Origin: Vitrella brassicaformis CCMP3155
Taxonomy: Eukaryota; Protista; Chromerida
DNA length: 11,507 nucleotides
Direction: 5' to 3'
Assembly: GCA_001179505.1 (NCBI GenBank)
Contig: CDMY01000909.1
Span: forward strand, 1-11,507
This document shows positions 9,106 to 11,507 of this stretch, in pieces. How positions within the stretch are numbered: the stretch's first letter is position 1; the number at the start of each line of letters is the position of its first letter. Made by a program: the position numbers and the translations under genes. The notes beneath the pieces are model-generated. The model ran no database searches and was not told where the DNA came from. It saw nothing but the letters and a program-made list of their open reading frames with translations.

Positions 9106-9872
9106 ATGACCAAGCGTCCATTCCCGGACGACGCTGAGGTCCTTCCTGGGCGCACCCGCACCGCCCAGCGCGTCCTTGACGGCCGTGAGCCGCTTGCAAC
9201 GCACACCGCCGGTCCTGCAGCAGGCAGAGCGTATGGTGATCAAGCTAAAGAGTCTTCAGCAGGCGGCCGCAGACACCAGCTGTCGGTGCGGCGTACGGCG
9301 TTTCTGGCAGACGATGGCCACCTGGGGATGGGATGGCGGGGCAAGCTTGCTCAGCTGGAAAGTGTGCGTGGGAGGGAGGGACCGAGAATCTGCGGCTGCA
9401 CCAGGAGGTCTTCGCGCCGTTGGTGTCGATCGAGGAAGGGCTTCACAAGGCTCTGGGTCGTCCGCGCCTCAGGGAGCCCAGCCTGGTGGTCCTGTCCAAG
9501 ACCAAGTGCCGCGAGGGGATTCGAGCGACGGGCAAGGTGGGACGGGTCACGGCCATCTGCAGCAGAAGGGCGGCGGTATCGCTGTTCCACTTCCTCGTCA
9601 ACCACTCATTCCCTCCCATCGCACGTCCAACCGGAGATGAGCACTTCGACCGCATCGAGATGATCACCAGCCCAACCACGATGCGGCGAGTGCCAGCCGG
9701 TCCGCAGCGACGGGCTGTTCTTGGCGATGACGCGATCGTGCCCGACACGCCCCTGTGGGGTGTCTTCGCGTTCAGAGGGGCGGGGATGACCAGCCTGGTG
9801 TCGCGGCTGCTCGGCTCCGATCGGTGTGAGAACGGCCGGACCATCAAGGGACGTACGGGTTTCGTCAACACG
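9106..9872 (+). CDS. Exon 1 of a hypothetical protein gene, with one apparent frameshift near 9370-9381
   Basis: agcATG start, GC3-rich codons (MTKRPFPDDAEVLPGRT...). The 9333 frame (TENLRLHQEVFAPLVSIEEGLHKALG...GRTGFVNT) ends at a phase-0 donor gtcagc (9873). One extra base would join the two frames. Confidence 0.6.
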
Positions 9873-9967
9873 GTCAGCCTGACACACACACATAGACGCA
9901 GCCACACAACACACAATACACAATACACAACACATGGCCATGACATTGTCGCTTGTATGTGTGTCAG
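9873..9967 (+). other. 95 bp spliceosomal intron
   Basis: gtcagc...(ca)n-rich...tgtatgtgtgtcag. Splicing joins FVNT to HRLVATEDAPFY in frame. Confidence 0.8.
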
Positions 9968-10417
9968 CATCGCCTCGTCGCGACCGAGGATGCGCCCTTC
10001 TACCTCGTCATCAGACCGCTCAGCCCGCGACCCAACGCCATTCTCCAGGGCATATTCTCATTCCAGACCACCACGGTGCAGGGCGGCGGCGGCGGTGTGG
10101 GTGGTGATGTGGGTGGTGGTGTGGGTGGTGGTGTGGGTGGTGGCGAGGGTGGTGATGACATGCCCGCTGTGAAGGAGGAGGGGGAGGGCGAGATGGATGA
10201 GGAGGGCGGGGAGGGCGACATGGGTGAGGAGGAGCCTGCCGGTGACGACGAGGATGGATTTGGCGACAAAGACGGTGATGACCCGGAGGGCGAGCAAGAC
10301 CTGGCTGGCTTCCTCGGAGATGATGACGATGCTCGCGGCTTCATGGGTGTGGGCGGAGGGGCGTACAGCAATGAAGAATTGGAGAATTTGCAACGGGCAG
10401 GGAGGAGGGCTGTATAG
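9968..10417 (+). CDS. Terminal exon of the hypothetical protein; Gly-rich then Asp/Glu-rich low-complexity tail
   Basis: 450 bp open frame HRLVATEDAPFYLVIRPLSPRPNAILQGIFSFQTTTVQGGGG...EEGEGEMDEEGGEGD...RAV*. Confidence 0.75.
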   Translation, partial: HRLVATEDAPFYLVIRPLSPRPNAILQGIFSFQTTTVQGGGGGVGGDVGGGVGGGVGGGEGGDDMPAVKEEGEGEMDEEGGEGDMGEEEPAGDDEDGFGDKDGDDPEGEQDLAGFLGDDDDARGFMGVGGGAYSNEELENLQRAGRRAV

Positions 10418-10491
10418 ACATGTTTGCGTGAATCACGGACCGATCGATCGAATGATTCAGCTCAGCGAGTGGTGGACGAATGGGCCAGAGC

Positions 10492-10598
10492 TGAATGAAT
10501 GAATGAATGCATGAATGCATGAATGCATGAATGAACGAATGAACGAATGAACCGACCAATCAATCAATCACATGCATTGAATGAATGAATGAACGAAT
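10492..10598. repeat. Degenerate (GAAT)n/(GCAT)/(CAAT) microsatellite between two convergent genes
   Basis: tgaatgaatgaatgaatgcatgaatgcatgaatgcatgaatgaacgaatg... Confidence 0.95.
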
Positions 10599-10660
10599 CC
10601 ATCGCGCCAATCGACATGTCAGTCACTGTTTCACAACTATGCACAATGATCGTCAGGCAG

Positions 10661-11171
10661 CTACTTCTGTTGTTGCTTTTTCGGTTCTATCGGCACTTCC
10701 AACTGCCCTTCCTTCATCGCTTTGTCTGCTTGCTTCTGCAGGTTTCTCCAGTCTGCGTCTGTGAATGGCTCGCCCTTCCTTGGACCCCCAACCTGCCTCA
10801 GCACCATGAATGGCACGTCCGGGAGTGGGTGGTCGTACTCGATCGATGGGAGCATGCGTGTGGCGTTGTTGCTGCCATAGGTGACCACCTCGAGGTGGTG
10901 TTGGTCGACAGCAGCGAGTTGGGCCTTCTCGATGCTTCGAGTGATCATCTGCCACCCGAGCTCCCCCTCGATGGCGCCACCACCGCCCTTTGTGGTGTGG
11001 TGCCGCTCCACCTCCTTGGCCACGTGGTTGGATGCCTCGGGTGCTGTCATGTTGCCCATCTGGCCGAGAGGAGGGGCACCGACGGGATCGCGCCGACATG
11101 CTGTGAAGAAGTAGAACACGTGGCACTCGATCTGATGCAGGGTCAAGTTGTACACGTTGAACAGGTTGGCC
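10661..11171 (-). CDS. Terminal exon of a RAG1/Transib/Chapaev-like DDE transposase (H-x4-H and putative catalytic E)
   Basis: Acceptor tgtctgtctgtttgtttcag. Translates ANLFNVYNLTLHQIECHVFYFFTACRRDPVGAPPLGQMGNMTAPEASNHVAKEVERHHTTKGGG...*, resembling RAG1 TNYFHKTLAHV...[20 protein letters not shown]. GC3-rich codons. Confidence 0.6.
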
Positions 11172-11254
11172 CTGAAACAAACAGACAGACACATCCACAC
11201 AGGAGATGACACACTCAGACGCATTCACACACTCAGACCCATTCATTCACTCAC
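11172..11254 (-). other. 83 bp spliceosomal intron within the transposase-like gene
   Basis: gtgagtgaatgaatg...tgtctgtctgtttgtttcag. Phase-2 splice gives ...MRFAAIQ-E-ANLF in frame. Confidence 0.8.
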
Positions 11255-11461
11255 TCTTGGATTGCGGCGAATCTCATTTGATACAGATGGCATACGAAGA
11301 GGTCGATCTCCTCGTCTGTCGGCGCCACGCTGCGCATGGCGGCCAGCAGCACTCAAGCAAACGACCGGAAGAAGAGCATCGTGGATCGTCCGCCGCTTTG
11401 GCGGCCTGTCGTCAGGCTGCCGAAGGTGAGCAGTGTCCACATCAGACGCTCGAAATGGGGG
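11255..11461 (-). pseudogene. Internal exon of the transposase-like gene with one in-frame TGA (11355-11353)
   Basis: Acceptor gtgttgtgtcag (AG at 11463-11462). The 207 bp exon (1+204+2) reads PHFERLMWTLLTFGSLTTGRQSGGRSTMLFFRSFA*VLLAAMRSVAPTDEEIDLFVCHLYQMRFAAIQ. The gene continues beyond the window end. Confidence 0.6.
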
Positions 11462-11507
11462 CTGACACAACACAGCCATCAGTCAAGGAGTGATGTGTGG
11501 TGTCTGT

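Noticed and set aside
9873-10172. 3' part of the 279 aa ORF 9333..10172
   Set aside because: It reads through a clear intron and then in the wrong frame.
9106-10417. Calling the partner gene RAG2-like
   Set aside because: No Kelch GG/W repeats or PHD Cys/His pattern; an acidic tail alone is not diagnostic.
10589-11246. ORFs 10589..11209(+) and 10653..11246(-)
   Set aside because: Antisense or off-frame shadows of the GC3-rich transposase-like exon.

Overview
Eukaryotic, repeat-rich, draft-assembly DNA: three 300-N gaps, short GT-AG introns with (CA)n/(TGTC)n tracts, and (GAAT)n microsatellites. The style resembles a chromerid alveolate such as Vitrella (inference). No rRNA, tRNA or CRISPR array was seen. 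Main content: (1) a ~4.9 kb non-coding element (2522-7388) with ~670 bp inverted arms, CAC/CAA-GACAGCT termini and a TGCA duplication on both sides. It contains a near-identical duplication across a gap, a highly structured 310 bp palindromic core and a degenerate repeated motif; removing the duplicated segment makes the outer arms and inner palindrome concentric. (2) A spliced minus-strand gene fragment (10661-11461) whose H-x4-H...E C-terminus resembles RAG1/Transib/Chapaev-type DDE transposases, with one in-frame TGA. (3) A convergent spliced plus-strand gene (9106-10417) of unknown function with a Gly/acidic tail and one apparent frameshift. (4) A frameshifted Cys-cluster remnant near 1436-1527. 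All family calls are motif recognition by eye and need HMM confirmation.
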